Assembly: GCA_963817715.1 (NCBI GenBank)
Contig: CAWFPG010000005.1
Coordinates: 641,187 to 705,186, forward strand
Direction: 5' to 3'
DNA: 64,000 nt
Origin: an uncultured Gemmatimonadales bacterium
GTDB lineage: Bacteria; Gemmatimonadota; Gemmatimonadetes; Gemmatimonadales; GWC2-71-9
In this document: positions 35,196 to 43,988 of the stretch, piece by piece
Position numbering within the stretch: the stretch's first letter is position 1
Layout: every line of letters begins with the position of its first letter
The notes under the pieces: model-generated
The model's database searches: none
Seen by the model: only the letters and a program-made list of their open reading frames with translations
What the model was told of the DNA's origin: nothing
Translations under genes and position numbers: made by a program

Positions 35196-37235
35196 ATGAT
35201 CGCGGTCGTTGCGTGGGTTCTGCTGGCAGTCCCGATGCCCGCCACCCGGCCAGCAGGGCCGGTGGTGCTCCAGGTCCCGTTCGTCCAGCAGTCGGAACTG
35301 CTCTGCGGCGGTGCCGCCATCGCGATGCTCGAGCGATGGTGGGGCCGCCGTGGTGTGGATGCCGAGGCGTTCGCTCCGCTGGTCCGCCCGGCCCTGGGGG
35401 GAATCACCACGGGCGACCTGGTCGCGGCCACTCGCGCGCGTGGCTGGCTCACCAGCGAGGTCCGGGGCACCATCGACCTGGTGCGACAGGCCCTGCGCGA
35501 CTCGGTCCCCGTCGTCGCACTCATCGCCGTGTCGCCGACTCGATATCACTACGTGGTGATCGTGGGCTGGAGCGATGATCGCGTGGTGTTCCACGATCCG
35601 GCGGTGGGCCCGTTCGTCAACCGATCCACGGTGGCCTTCCTCCGGCAGTGGAGCGCCACCGATCAATGGGCCCTGCTGGTGCGACCCTCGCCGGTCACCG
35701 AGTCGCCCATCGCGGCCATGTCGGTGCAGGCACCACCACCTACCGACTCGCTACCCTGCCGTCCCTGGCTCGACCAGGCCGCTGCGGCCGCCAGCGATCA
35801 TCACCTCGCCGCCGCCGACCGCGCACTCGCGCTCGCGCGGGTCAGCTGCCCCACCGAGGCGCTGGTCGACCGGGAGCTGGCCGGGATCCGATTTCGGCAG
35901 GGCCGCCAGGCCGAGGCCGGTCTCCTCGTGAGCGATTACCTGCGGCGGGCACCTGGCGATTCGCTCGCCTGGCAACTGCTGGCCAGCAGCCGCTATCTCG
36001 AGGGGCGACGTGGCGAGGCGCTCGACGCATGGAACGTGATCGGGCGGCCGTTGGTGGACCTGGTGCACATCGACGGCAGTCATCACGTCCGCTTCGGGGT
36101 CCTGACCGGCGCACTCGGTCTCCCGGTCGGTACGGTGCTCACTCGGGAACGGCTGGCGCTGGCGAACCGACGGATTGACGACGTTCCTGCACTGTCCCGC
36201 ACCAGGGTGACGTATGTGGCCGTCCCGGGTGGCCTGGTCGAGGTTCGTGCCGCAGTGGTCGAACATCCGGTGGTCGCCCCGCTTCCCATGCTGCTGCTCA
36301 CGACCGCAGTGCGCGCCTTCACGCGCCAGGACGTCGCCGTTCCGGTCGCCTCGCCCTTCGGGGCGGGCGAGCGATGGGTTGCTCAGTGGCGGTGGGAGGC
36401 CGCCGACCCTCGCCGGGCTGTGCGGTTGGACATCCCGGCCCGAGTCGTGATCCCGGGCGTGGTCAACGTCGGCGGCAGCTGGGAGGGGTTCCACGTCGGC
36501 AACGGTGACCAGGCGGTGTCCGCGTCGAGGGAGGAGCGACGGACGACGACACTCGGTTTCACCGGCTGGGCCACGGCACATGCCGAGGCGCTGGTCGGCC
36601 TCCGTCTGGAAGCGTGGACCCGGGGTGACCGCGCCCTCGCCGTGACGCTCGGCACCGCCCGACACTGGCTCGATGATCGCGCCGTGGTGGCCGTGGTTGG
36701 TGAACAGGCGCTCCCGCTTGGCCGGGGGACCGGCTATGCGCGGATCAGCGTCAGCCTGGCGTGGCGTTCCCCGGTCGCTGCCCATCGGTTGGATTGGTCG
36801 GGTCGCCTCGGTGGCGACTGGGCAAGTGTCAGGACCCCGCTCGGGCTCCGGCCGATGGCAGGCGGCGACCCCGCCCGGCGAATTCCGTTGCGCGCCCACC
36901 CCTTGATCCGGAGTGACCTGTTGGTGGCTCGGCAGGCCGGTCGTGGGGTGATCCATGGAGGCTTCGCCGTCGACCGGCACATCGCCGATGTCGATCGCCT
37001 CACCCTGGCAGTCGGGCTCTTCCTGGATGGTGCCCAGGTGATGCTCCCGGCCGACGGATCGTCGCGCTCAACCCGATTCCTCGATGCCGGGATCGGTGTC
37101 CGGGTCGGCGCGATCGGGAACACCGGCATGGCCCTGCGTCTCGACCTGGCCCGTGGGCTCCTCGAGGATCGGCGTTGGGCGCTGAGTGCGGGGCTGCAGC
37201 AGCCGTGGCCGCCACGGCTGCGCCCGCTTCCGTGA
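35196..37235 (+). CDS. Secreted C39-like cysteine peptidase fused to TPR-like repeats, a POTRA-like domain and an Omp85/TpsB-like beta-barrel
   Basis: Signal peptide. The C39 domain has the Cys in QQSELLCGGAAIAML, the His in RYHYVVIVGW, and VFHDP. Helical repeats follow (SLAWQLLASSRYLEGRRGEALDAW). The POTRA-like stretch is LPVGTVLTRERLALANRRIDDVPALSRTRVTYVAVPGGLVEVRAAV. The terminal barrel strands read AGIGVRVGAIGNTGMALRLDLARGL. Confidence 0.7.
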   Translation: MIAVVAWVLLAVPMPATRPAGPVVLQVPFVQQSELLCGGAAIAMLERWWGRRGVDAEAFAPLVRPALGGITTGDLVAATRARGWLTSEVRGTIDLVRQALRDSVPVVALIAVSPTRYHYVVIVGWSDDRVVFHDPAVGPFVNRSTVAFLRQWSATDQWALLVRPSPVTESPIAAMSVQAPPPTDSLPCRPWLDQAAAAASDHHLAAADRALALARVSCPTEALVDRELAGIRFRQGRQAEAGLLVSDYLRRAPGDSLAWQLLASSRYLEGRRGEALDAWNVIGRPLVDLVHIDGSHHVRFGVLTGALGLPVGTVLTRERLALANRRIDDVPALSRTRVTYVAVPGGLVEVRAAVVEHPVVAPLPMLLLTTAVRAFTRQDVAVPVASPFGAGERWVAQWRWEAADPRRAVRLDIPARVVIPGVVNVGGSWEGFHVGNGDQAVSASREERRTTTLGFTGWATAHAEALVGLRLEAWTRGDRALAVTLGTARHWLDDRAVVAVVGEQALPLGRGTGYARISVSLAWRSPVAAHRLDWSGRLGGDWASVRTPLGLRPMAGGDPARRIPLRAHPLIRSDLLVARQAGRGVIHGGFAVDRHIADVDRLTLAVGLFLDGAQVMLPADGSSRSTRFLDAGIGVRVGAIGNTGMALRLDLARGLLEDRRWALSAGLQQPWPPRLRPLP

Positions 37236-37262
37236 GCGCGGTGGTGATGGTGACTCGACGCG

Positions 37263-38087
37263 TCAGGGCTTCTTGGCCGCCGGCGGTGGGGGCAGTGCCA
37301 GGAGCCGGCGTCGGAAGGCGCGGAATTCCGGGGTGTCGGTGGCCAGGCCGCGCAGCTGACTCGCCGGGTGCGCAGCGATCAGCGCCTCGGTGGTGGTGAT
37401 CCGATCCTCCTCGAGCGGATGGGTGGCGAAGAACGCGTCCACGGCGCTGGGGTTGCGCTGCCGCTCGCTCAGCAGGATGCGGAACATCGCCGGGATGCCG
37501 GCCGGGCTGATGCCCGCCTTGATCGTGGTGGCCACGGCCTCGGCATCGGCCTCCTGTTCATCGCTCCGGCTGAATTTCGCGAACAGGGCGCTGCCGCCGA
37601 GGTTGATGGCCGTCTGGCCGGTGCCACTGTCGCAGATCTTGGTGAGCGTGCAGAGTGCCATCACGCCGGCGTCCGCACCCCGGGCCTGCTGCATCTGCTG
37701 GACCGTGTGTCGCAGCGTGACATGGCCGATCTCGTGCCCGAGGACGCCGGCGAGTTGGCTCATGTTCGTGGCCTGCTCGATCAGCCCGCGGTTGACATAC
37801 ACCCAACCGCCCGGCACCGCAAAGGCATTGACCTCCCGGCTGTCGACCACGGCAAAGTGCCAGGTGAGCCCTCGCGTGTCGGTGACCCGGGCCAGGCGGT
37901 TGCCGAGCGTGGTGATGTAGCGCACGGTCGCGCGATCCGAGAGCAGCGGCAGTTGTTGCGCGATCTGGGTGGAATAGTCCACACCCATCTGCTGCTCCTG
38001 CTGCTGCGAGATGGCGCACGAGGTGCCCAGCAGCACGAATCCGGCGAGCCACTGGCGCCGCCCGAGTCCCGCGTGACGGAATCGCAT
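37263..38087 (-). CDS. M48-family zinc metalloprotease lipoprotein (LoiP/BepA-like)
   Basis: WLAGFVLLGTSCA lipobox, NAFAVPGGWVYVNRGL, HEIGHVTLRH (HExxH). ATG 38099 is an alternative start. Confidence 0.85.
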   Translation of the reverse strand: MRFRHAGLGRRQWLAGFVLLGTSCAISQQQEQQMGVDYSTQIAQQLPLLSDRATVRYITTLGNRLARVTDTRGLTWHFAVVDSREVNAFAVPGGWVYVNRGLIEQATNMSQLAGVLGHEIGHVTLRHTVQQMQQARGADAGVMALCTLTKICDSGTGQTAINLGGSALFAKFSRSDEQEADAEAVATTIKAGISPAGIPAMFRILLSERQRNPSAVDAFFATHPLEEDRITTTEALIAAHPASQLRGLATDTPEFRAFRRRLLALPPPPAAKKP

Positions 38088-38330
38088 GGGTTCTGTCATC
38101 CTTTCATGCCGGTGCCGTTCGGGGGAATGTCCCCGGGCAGCATGGTGGTCATCGCCGATGGCGACACGACCGTGCCGCAAGATCGGTTCGTCCACCCTAC
38201 ACCGCCATCACCCGTTCGGCCTAGATCCGATTCCCATCCTTCGATCAATGGCCCCGCGACGGTTGGCGCATAGACTTCCCATCGGGTCAATCAGTTCGCA
38301 TCCAGGCCCGTCACCGCAAGGGAGAAGCTT

Positions 38331-38987
38331 GTGCCGAAATCACTGCAGGCGGTACCAATCATGTTCCTGATCCTGGCAGGCTGTGCCACCCACAGCCAGA
38401 CCGGTGCCGTGATCGGCACGGGCGGCGGAGCGGTGGTTGGCGGCGTCGTCGGCCGGATGACCGGCTCCACGGCGCGGGGCGCCATCATCGGAGCCGTGGT
38501 CGGTGGGGCCGCCGGGGCGATCATCGGCGACCGCATGGACCGGCAGGCGAAGGAACTCGAGCAGAACATCAAGGGTGCCACGGTGACGCGGGTGGGCGAG
38601 GGCATCGCCGTGACCTTCGCCTCGGGACTGCTCTTCGACTTCGATTCCGACGTGCTGCGGTCCGAAGCACAGGCCAACCTGCGTGAATTGGCGTCGAGCC
38701 TCGAGAAGTACGGCGATTCCGACCTCCTGATTCTCGGGCACACCGACGCGGTGGGATCGACCGCCTACAACCAGGGTCTCTCGGAGCGACGCGCCAACGC
38801 CGTCTACAACTACCTCGCGACCCAGGGCGTGACTCGGGCGCGCATGGGAACGCGCGGACTCGGCGAGACCGATCCGATCGCCGACAACGATACCGAAGCC
38901 GGTCGACAGGCCAATCGCCGGGTCGAGGTGTCGATCTTTGCCAGCGAGGCGGCCCGTGCCGCCGCCGTCAAGGCCGCCGGTGAGTGA
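38331..38987 (+). CDS. OmpA-family lipoprotein with glycine-zipper N-domain (YiaD-like)
   Basis: LILAGCATH lipobox, Gly-zipper GAVIGTGGGAVVGGVVG..GAIIGAVVGGAAGAIIG, OmpA_C GHTDAVGSTAYNQGLSERRANAV..NRRVEV. Confidence 0.88.
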   Translation: MPKSLQAVPIMFLILAGCATHSQTGAVIGTGGGAVVGGVVGRMTGSTARGAIIGAVVGGAAGAIIGDRMDRQAKELEQNIKGATVTRVGEGIAVTFASGLLFDFDSDVLRSEAQANLRELASSLEKYGDSDLLILGHTDAVGSTAYNQGLSERRANAVYNYLATQGVTRARMGTRGLGETDPIADNDTEAGRQANRRVEVSIFASEAARAAAVKAAGE

Positions 38988-39029
38988 GGACGTCCGAGTA
39001 GTGTCAACACGAACCGGGGAGAGTGGCGC

Positions 39030-39296
39030 ATGGACTTCGTGACTTTGATCATCGTCGGCCTCGTGGCCGGCCTGTTGGCCAGTCTGGTGATGGGCGGCAT
39101 CGGGTACGGCATCCTCGGTGATATCGTGGTCGGCATCATCGGCGCATTCCTCGGCGGCTGGCTCTTCACCGTGCTCGCGATCCGGATGCCCATCGGGGGC
39201 ATCGCCGGCACGATCCTCGTCGCCTTCGTGGGGGCCGTGGTGTTGCTGCTGGTGCTGCGGGTGCTCGGCCGAGCTCGCGGGGCATCGCGAGCATGA
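39030..39296 (+). CDS. GlsB/YeaQ/YmgE-family stress membrane protein
   Basis: MDFVTLIIVGLVAGLLASLVMGG..ILGDIVVGIIGAFLGGWLF, typical of the transglycosylase-associated family. Confidence 0.8.
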   Translation: MDFVTLIIVGLVAGLLASLVMGGIGYGILGDIVVGIIGAFLGGWLFTVLAIRMPIGGIAGTILVAFVGAVVLLLVLRVLGRARGASRA

Positions 39297-40339
39297 CGTC
39301 GCACCGGCGCCCCCTGACGACCGTGGAGGGAAGGACCCCGCGGGAGAACGGCCTCGTGATGCCGACCCGCGAGGTGTCCCCGACCGCGCCCCGGTGCAAC
39401 GACCTGGCCCGCGCCATGCTGGCATCGATTGGTGACGCGGTCATCATGTCGGATCTCGATGGAGCGGTCACCTATCTCAATCCGGCCGCGGAGCGGATCA
39501 CCGGTTGGCCATTGCGGGAGGCCCGGGGGCGGCAGCTCGCCGTCGTCATGCCGCTCATCGCCGAGGCCACCCGTCAACCGATTCCCGACCGGGTTGCGCG
39601 CTGCCTGGCCGAGCGACGCGCGATCGACCTGGAGGACGGGGTCCTCCTCCTTCGTCGCGACGGCACGGAGCTGCCGGTCGGCGACTCGACGGCCCCGGTG
39701 CTCGGCCCGGACGGGATCGTGGAGGGCGTGATCATGGTGGTCCAGGACGAAAGCGAGCAGCGCCGTGTGGGTCACCAGCTCTCGTACGAGGCCACCCACG
39801 ATGCCCTCACCGGGTTGTTCAACCGGCGCGGCTTCGAGCGACGGCTCGTCCGGGTGGTGGCAGACCTCGAGGGGAGCACCGTCCGCCACGTGCTGCTCTA
39901 TCTTGACCTCGACGGGTTCAAGCTGGTGAACGACACGTGGGGTCACCAGGCCGGCGACGACCTGTTGCGGGATCTTGGCCGTCGGCTGGATGCGCTGACG
40001 CGAAGTGGCGACTCCGTCGCGCGAATCGGGGGCGACGAGTTCGCCATCCTGCTGGAGAACTGTCCGCCGGCCGAGGGTCGACGCATCGCCGACGCGGTCC
40101 GCCTCGAAGTCTCTGGGTGCGGCGTTGCGGTCCGGGAAGGGCGTCCGACCCTCGGCGTGAGCATCGGGGTCGTGGACCTGGTGTCTGGATGTGATGACGT
40201 GGACACGATCCTGCACAAGGTCGATTCCGCCTGCTACCGGGCCAAGCGCGGCGGCGGCAATCGCATTCGCCGTCCGGATCGACGCCCGTCGGGCGGAACG
40301 GAAGGCGCCGGGGTTGGAGCTACCGCATCAGCTGGCTGA
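39293..40339 (+). CDS. PAS-GGDEF diguanylate cyclase
   Basis: PAS DAVIMSDLDGAVTYLNPAAERITGW. GGDEF HDALTGLFNRRGFE..LDLDGFKLVNDTWGHQAGD..RIGGDEFAILL. ATGA overlap with the upstream gene. Confidence 0.88.
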   Translation: MTSHRRPLTTVEGRTPRENGLVMPTREVSPTAPRCNDLARAMLASIGDAVIMSDLDGAVTYLNPAAERITGWPLREARGRQLAVVMPLIAEATRQPIPDRVARCLAERRAIDLEDGVLLLRRDGTELPVGDSTAPVLGPDGIVEGVIMVVQDESEQRRVGHQLSYEATHDALTGLFNRRGFERRLVRVVADLEGSTVRHVLLYLDLDGFKLVNDTWGHQAGDDLLRDLGRRLDALTRSGDSVARIGGDEFAILLENCPPAEGRRIADAVRLEVSGCGVAVREGRPTLGVSIGVVDLVSGCDDVDTILHKVDSACYRAKRGGGNRIRRPDRRPSGGTEGAGVGATASAG

Positions 40340-40495
40340 ATGCGTACACGAAGAGGGACGCACCGACGAGCACGGCGGCTCCCGTGCCGATCCTGCGTCT
40401 CGTGGCGATCGCCATCAGCCAGTCGCTACCCGAGCGGCGACCATACTCCGGCCGGTGGCGATCCGACGGGGCCCGACGCCACCCACCTTCCCGTT

Positions 40496-40711
40496 TCACT
40501 TTCGCTTGGCCACGCCGGTGATCAGCAGCAGCGCGCCGGCGGCCATGACCACCCCACCGATCCAGGGCGGGATCGCCCGGTGCTCGGTGGCGGTGACCTT
40601 GAAATCGCCCACCCGCACCATCTCGGACCTCGACGTGAAGCTGCCCCCGATGAAGAGCAGGAAGGCGCCCACACCAAGGACCACGAGTCCGGCAATGCTG
40701 CGTGAGTTCAT
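40496..40711 (-). CDS. Small two-TM membrane protein (DUF3185-like)
   Basis: 71 aa: MNSRSIAGLVVLGVGAFLLFIGG...IPPWIGGVVMAAGALLLITGVAKRK. Confidence 0.5.
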   Translation of the reverse strand: MNSRSIAGLVVLGVGAFLLFIGGSFTSRSEMVRVGDFKVTATEHRAIPPWIGGVVMAAGALLLITGVAKRK

Positions 40712-40898
40712 GGCAACGCTCGGCGGTGACGTGGGGTCCGGTTCTGGTCGTGTAGCTGGCGGGCAGACATTTCAGCTCCGTGGTGTGGGCGCGGGCCACA
40801 GGCAGCACCGCCGAGGGAAGAGTATCCGTGCCACGACCGATTCTGCATCCATCCACTGAGCCATCGTGGAGCGCCACCCAAGGGTGGACACCACTGAA

Positions 40899-41654
40899 TC
40901 AGGCACCGGGGATCGCATCGATGACAAGGTCGGAGCGTCGCAGGGACGACAGGTAGCGCGCCGGTCCCTCGCCCGGGGGCGGCTGCGGCCTGGCGGGCGA
41001 ACGCGGGCCGCCACGGCGGGACAGCATGGCCACCTCCAGCCGACTGTCCGCCGACAGTTTCGCGAGGATGCGGTGCACGTGGCTCTTGACGGTGTGTGCC
41101 GAGATGCGCAGCCGGGTGGCGATCGTCTTGTTGGCCAGTCCCTGCACCACGAGGTCGCAGACATCCTGCTCACGCCTGGTGAGTCGGGGCCGACGGACCC
41201 GGCGTGCCGGTTCCGGTGGTGTACGCCAGCTGATGAGTTGGGCGAAGAGCGCGGCGGTCAACTCCGGGGGCAGCACCCGCTCCCCTCGTGCCACCGCACG
41301 GACGGTGTCGAGGAAGGTCGGGAGGGTGGCCTGCCCCATCACGAATCCCGACACGCCGGCCCGGATGAAGCTCGAGACATCGGTCACCCCGGCGACGAGG
41401 CCCATCAGCATCGTCCGGGAGCCCGGGACGTCGCCGTGAAGTGCGCCGGTGAGCGTGAGCGCGTCGCCCTCAGTGCCACGGAGGTTCACCAGCACCACGT
41501 TCGGCTGCCGCGCCCGGATCAGTCGCAGGGCATCATCGGCGCCGGCGGCTGCCGCCAGCACGACGAACCCCGGTTGGCCACGAATCAGGCTCAACACACC
41601 TTCGCGAGCCAGGGCGTCGTCGTCGATGAGCACCATCGAGATCCGCTCGGTCAT
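40899..41654 (-). CDS. NarL/LuxR-type regulator (paralog 2) with the phospho-acceptor Asp replaced by Asn
   Basis: MTERISMVLIDDDALAREG..NVVLVNLRG, where paralogs have VVLVDLGL and VVLIDLGL. The Asn codon is at 41484-41486. HTH LTRREQDVCDLVVQGLANKTIATRLRISAHTVKSHVHRILAKL. Confidence 0.85.
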   Translation of the reverse strand: MTERISMVLIDDDALAREGVLSLIRGQPGFVVLAAAAGADDALRLIRARQPNVVLVNLRGTEGDALTLTGALHGDVPGSRTMLMGLVAGVTDVSSFIRAGVSGFVMGQATLPTFLDTVRAVARGERVLPPELTAALFAQLISWRTPPEPARRVRRPRLTRREQDVCDLVVQGLANKTIATRLRISAHTVKSHVHRILAKLSADSRLEVAMLSRRGGPRSPARPQPPPGEGPARYLSSLRRSDLVIDAIPGA

Positions 41655-41870
41655 CGGGAGGCTGGGGTCCGTGCCGTGTGGCAGCCGGGCATGCGTGGTG
41701 ATGTCCATGCCGGGCGTGAGCACAGGACGACCGATCGGCAGCCGCGTGAGAGGCTGTCTCGGTCGGGCAGGGCACCTTGCGGTGACTGAGGTTGATTGTG
41801 CACGCCGCAATCTGCGGAGTGCGGGGGGCAGGGACAATCGGTCATTGGGACTAGCACGCACCGCCTCGAA

Positions 41871-41893
41871 CAGGCAACCGGACCGGTTGCCTG
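41871..41893. terminator. Perfect 23-bp palindrome CAGGCAACCGG-A-CCGGTTGCCTG abutting the stop of regulator paralog 3
   Basis: 11-bp arms read directly. Immediately downstream (minus strand) of stop 41894-41896. Could be a terminator or a protein-binding site. Confidence 0.45.
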
Positions 41894-42631
41894 TCACGGC
41901 TCGCGTGGCGGTGCCTCCAGGGTGCCGTGACTGAAGGCGGCGACCTCGAGGCGGCTCCGGAGGGCCAGTTTCTCGAGGATGTTGTGCACGTGGCTCTTGA
42001 CGGTGTGGATCGCGATGTGGAGCCGGGAGGCGATGGCCTTGTTGCTCAAACCCTCACCGATGAGGTGGACCACCTCGCGCTCCCGGCTGGTGAGGCGCAC
42101 CGAGTCCCCGGATTGGGCGGGGTGCTGGCCGATGGCGTTCCGGGCGATCTGGGAGAACAAGGAATTGGTCAGTTCGGCCGGCAGGATCTCCCCGCCCGCG
42201 GCGACCGCCCGGACGGTCGCAAAGAACTCGGTGAAGGTGGCGTTCTTCATCACGAAGCCCGAGGCGCCCGCCTTCACGTAGTCGGCGATGTCATCCTGCA
42301 GCGGGACCATGCCCATCATGATGACCCGAGCCGAGGGAACCTCGGTGCGGATGGTCGTGGACAGGCTGAGGCTGTCGTGATCAGGCAAGCCAAGGTCGAT
42401 CAGGACCACATCGGGCCTGGCGTCGCGCACCTTGCGTAGGGCCTCGTCCGCATCCGCAGATGCGGCCAGGACGGTGAACCCGGGCTCCGCCCGTACCCGG
42501 TTCGTGATGCCCTCGCGCAACAGACGGTTGTCCTCGATCAGGACAAGGGCGATCGTCTCGGGCGGCGGGGACGCATCGGGCCTGGATGAGGGCGCCGGGG
42601 ATCGTGCCGTCGTCTTCTTCCGTGTTCCCAC
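41894..42631 (-). CDS. NarL/LuxR-type response regulator (paralog 3) with basic S/T/P-rich N-terminal tail
   Basis: From GTG 42631: VGTRKKTTARSPAPSSRPDASPPPETIALVLIEDN..VVLIDLGL..LTSREREVVHLIGEGLSNKAIASRLHIAIHTVKSHVHNILEKL. Roughly two-thirds identical to paralog 1 by eye. Confidence 0.85.
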   Translation of the reverse strand: MGTRKKTTARSPAPSSRPDASPPPETIALVLIEDNRLLREGITNRVRAEPGFTVLAASADADEALRKVRDARPDVVLIDLGLPDHDSLSLSTTIRTEVPSARVIMMGMVPLQDDIADYVKAGASGFVMKNATFTEFFATVRAVAAGGEILPAELTNSLFSQIARNAIGQHPAQSGDSVRLTSREREVVHLIGEGLSNKAIASRLHIAIHTVKSHVHNILEKLALRSRLEVAAFSHGTLEAPPREP

Positions 42632-42839
42632 ATCGGCCTCGATTCGTGGATCCCGCCGGCTCCGTATCCCGACAAACCGTTGATTGGCGCGGCGCGGGTC
42701 TCGGATACACATCGGCACAGGTCGGGGGCGGCATCGTCATGCCCCCCCGGCCCGCAAGTCCATGCTGCCCCGTGTGTCCATGGAGGATATTGGGCCGTAC
42801 GGGTGTCAGCAACCGTGGGGCACCGACGTACCTTACCGG

Positions 42840-43478
42840 ATGACCGAGATCCCTCCCCGATCGGCACCGACCGATCCGGATGCCGGTGACGCCGCGCTCC
42901 GTGCCCGTCTCACGGCACTGTTCGACGAGGGATGGTCGCTCTGCGAGCGGTTTGCCGGTGCCGCCGGGGACCGTCCCTTTCACCCCTTCGTGGCGGCCGA
43001 CTACGACGTGGTTTGTGCGGCACTCTGGCCCCGTCGCCGCGAGGGGCTGCGTTTCCTGGAGTGGGGATCGGCCAACGGGGTGATCACCGTGATGGCCGAC
43101 CTGCTCGGCTTCGAGGCGTGCGGCATCGAGCTCGACGAGAGCCTGGTGGAGACGGCCCGGGCGCTGGCGCGCCAATTCGATTCCCGGGCCCGCTTCGTGG
43201 CGGGGAGTTTCCTGCCGACCGGCTACCGCTGGCGTCCCCGCGATGGCGACGCCCGGACCGGCACGCTCGGCACCGGGCGCTCCGGGTATCTGGAACTGGG
43301 GCGCGCCCTCGACGAGTTCGATGTGGTCTTCGGCTACCCGTGGGATGGCGAGGCGCCGATGATGCACGACGTGATGCGCAGCTACGGCCGTGACGATGCC
43401 GTGCTGCTGCTCCACAGCGCCAGCGACGGCATCCGGGCGTGGCGCGGCGGGCGCGAGGTCACCGACGCGCGTTGGTGA
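42840..43478 (+). CDS. Putative class I SAM-dependent methyltransferase-like protein
   Basis: Motif-I-like RFLEWGSANGVITVMADLLGFEACGIELDESLVETAR. Start ATG 42840 is internal to track ORF 42684... Function is uncertain. Confidence 0.5.
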   Translation: MTEIPPRSAPTDPDAGDAALRARLTALFDEGWSLCERFAGAAGDRPFHPFVAADYDVVCAALWPRRREGLRFLEWGSANGVITVMADLLGFEACGIELDESLVETARALARQFDSRARFVAGSFLPTGYRWRPRDGDARTGTLGTGRSGYLELGRALDEFDVVFGYPWDGEAPMMHDVMRSYGRDDAVLLLHSASDGIRAWRGGREVTDARW

Positions 43479-43503
43479 CCCGCGGGCCGCCCCACCCATC
43501 ACA

Positions 43504-43944
43504 TCACCAGGTCGAGGCCTTGCCGAGGTCCACCGTCCGGCTCGTGGAGGAGGTGCCGGAGGTCATCTTCACCACAAGCTGCTGTTTCGATCGCGACCCC
43601 TTCCGCACCTGGAAGGTCCAGGTGCGCTTCGCGGCGCAGCGACCCGATGCGGTGTAGCGCCGGTCCATCTTGCCGCCGGTCGGGATGCGCTCGTTCTGGA
43701 TCTTGAGCTGGACGATGGAGAACAGCTTCGCCACGACCGCATGGTTTCGGACCGTGCTGTCGTACAGATCGACGAACACATCGAAGCTGTAGTTGTTGGT
43801 GGCGCGAATGGCGAAGGTGCAGCTCTCCGCGCTCATGGTGCCGGCGGTGGCGGCGGCAGACGGGGTCGCAGTCCCCAGCAGCGCGACTGCCGCGGTCAGG
43901 GTGAGGATGAACACACCGACGCGGGTCCGGGGTGATGCACGCAT
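43504..43944 (-). CDS. Hypothetical secreted protein (146 aa, two Cys)
   Basis: Signal peptide MRASPRTRVGVFILTLTAAVALLGTATPSAAA. Coding-like composition, visibly less GC-rich than its neighbours. No family recognised. Confidence 0.55.
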   Translation of the reverse strand: MRASPRTRVGVFILTLTAAVALLGTATPSAAATAGTMSAESCTFAIRATNNYSFDVFVDLYDSTVRNHAVVAKLFSIVQLKIQNERIPTGGKMDRRYTASGRCAAKRTWTFQVRKGSRSKQQLVVKMTSGTSSTSRTVDLGKASTW

Positions 43945-43988
43945 GCCAGGTTCCTTTCATGGACTGACGAGGGAAGTGCGTGTCGGGC

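Noticed and set aside
40320-40415. 31-codon minus-strand ORF MAIATRRRIGTGAAVLVGASLFVYAFSQLMR overlapping the end of the PAS-GGDEF gene
   Set aside because: It is too short, overlaps a confident gene and has no RBS seen. It could be a real mini membrane protein but the evidence is insufficient.
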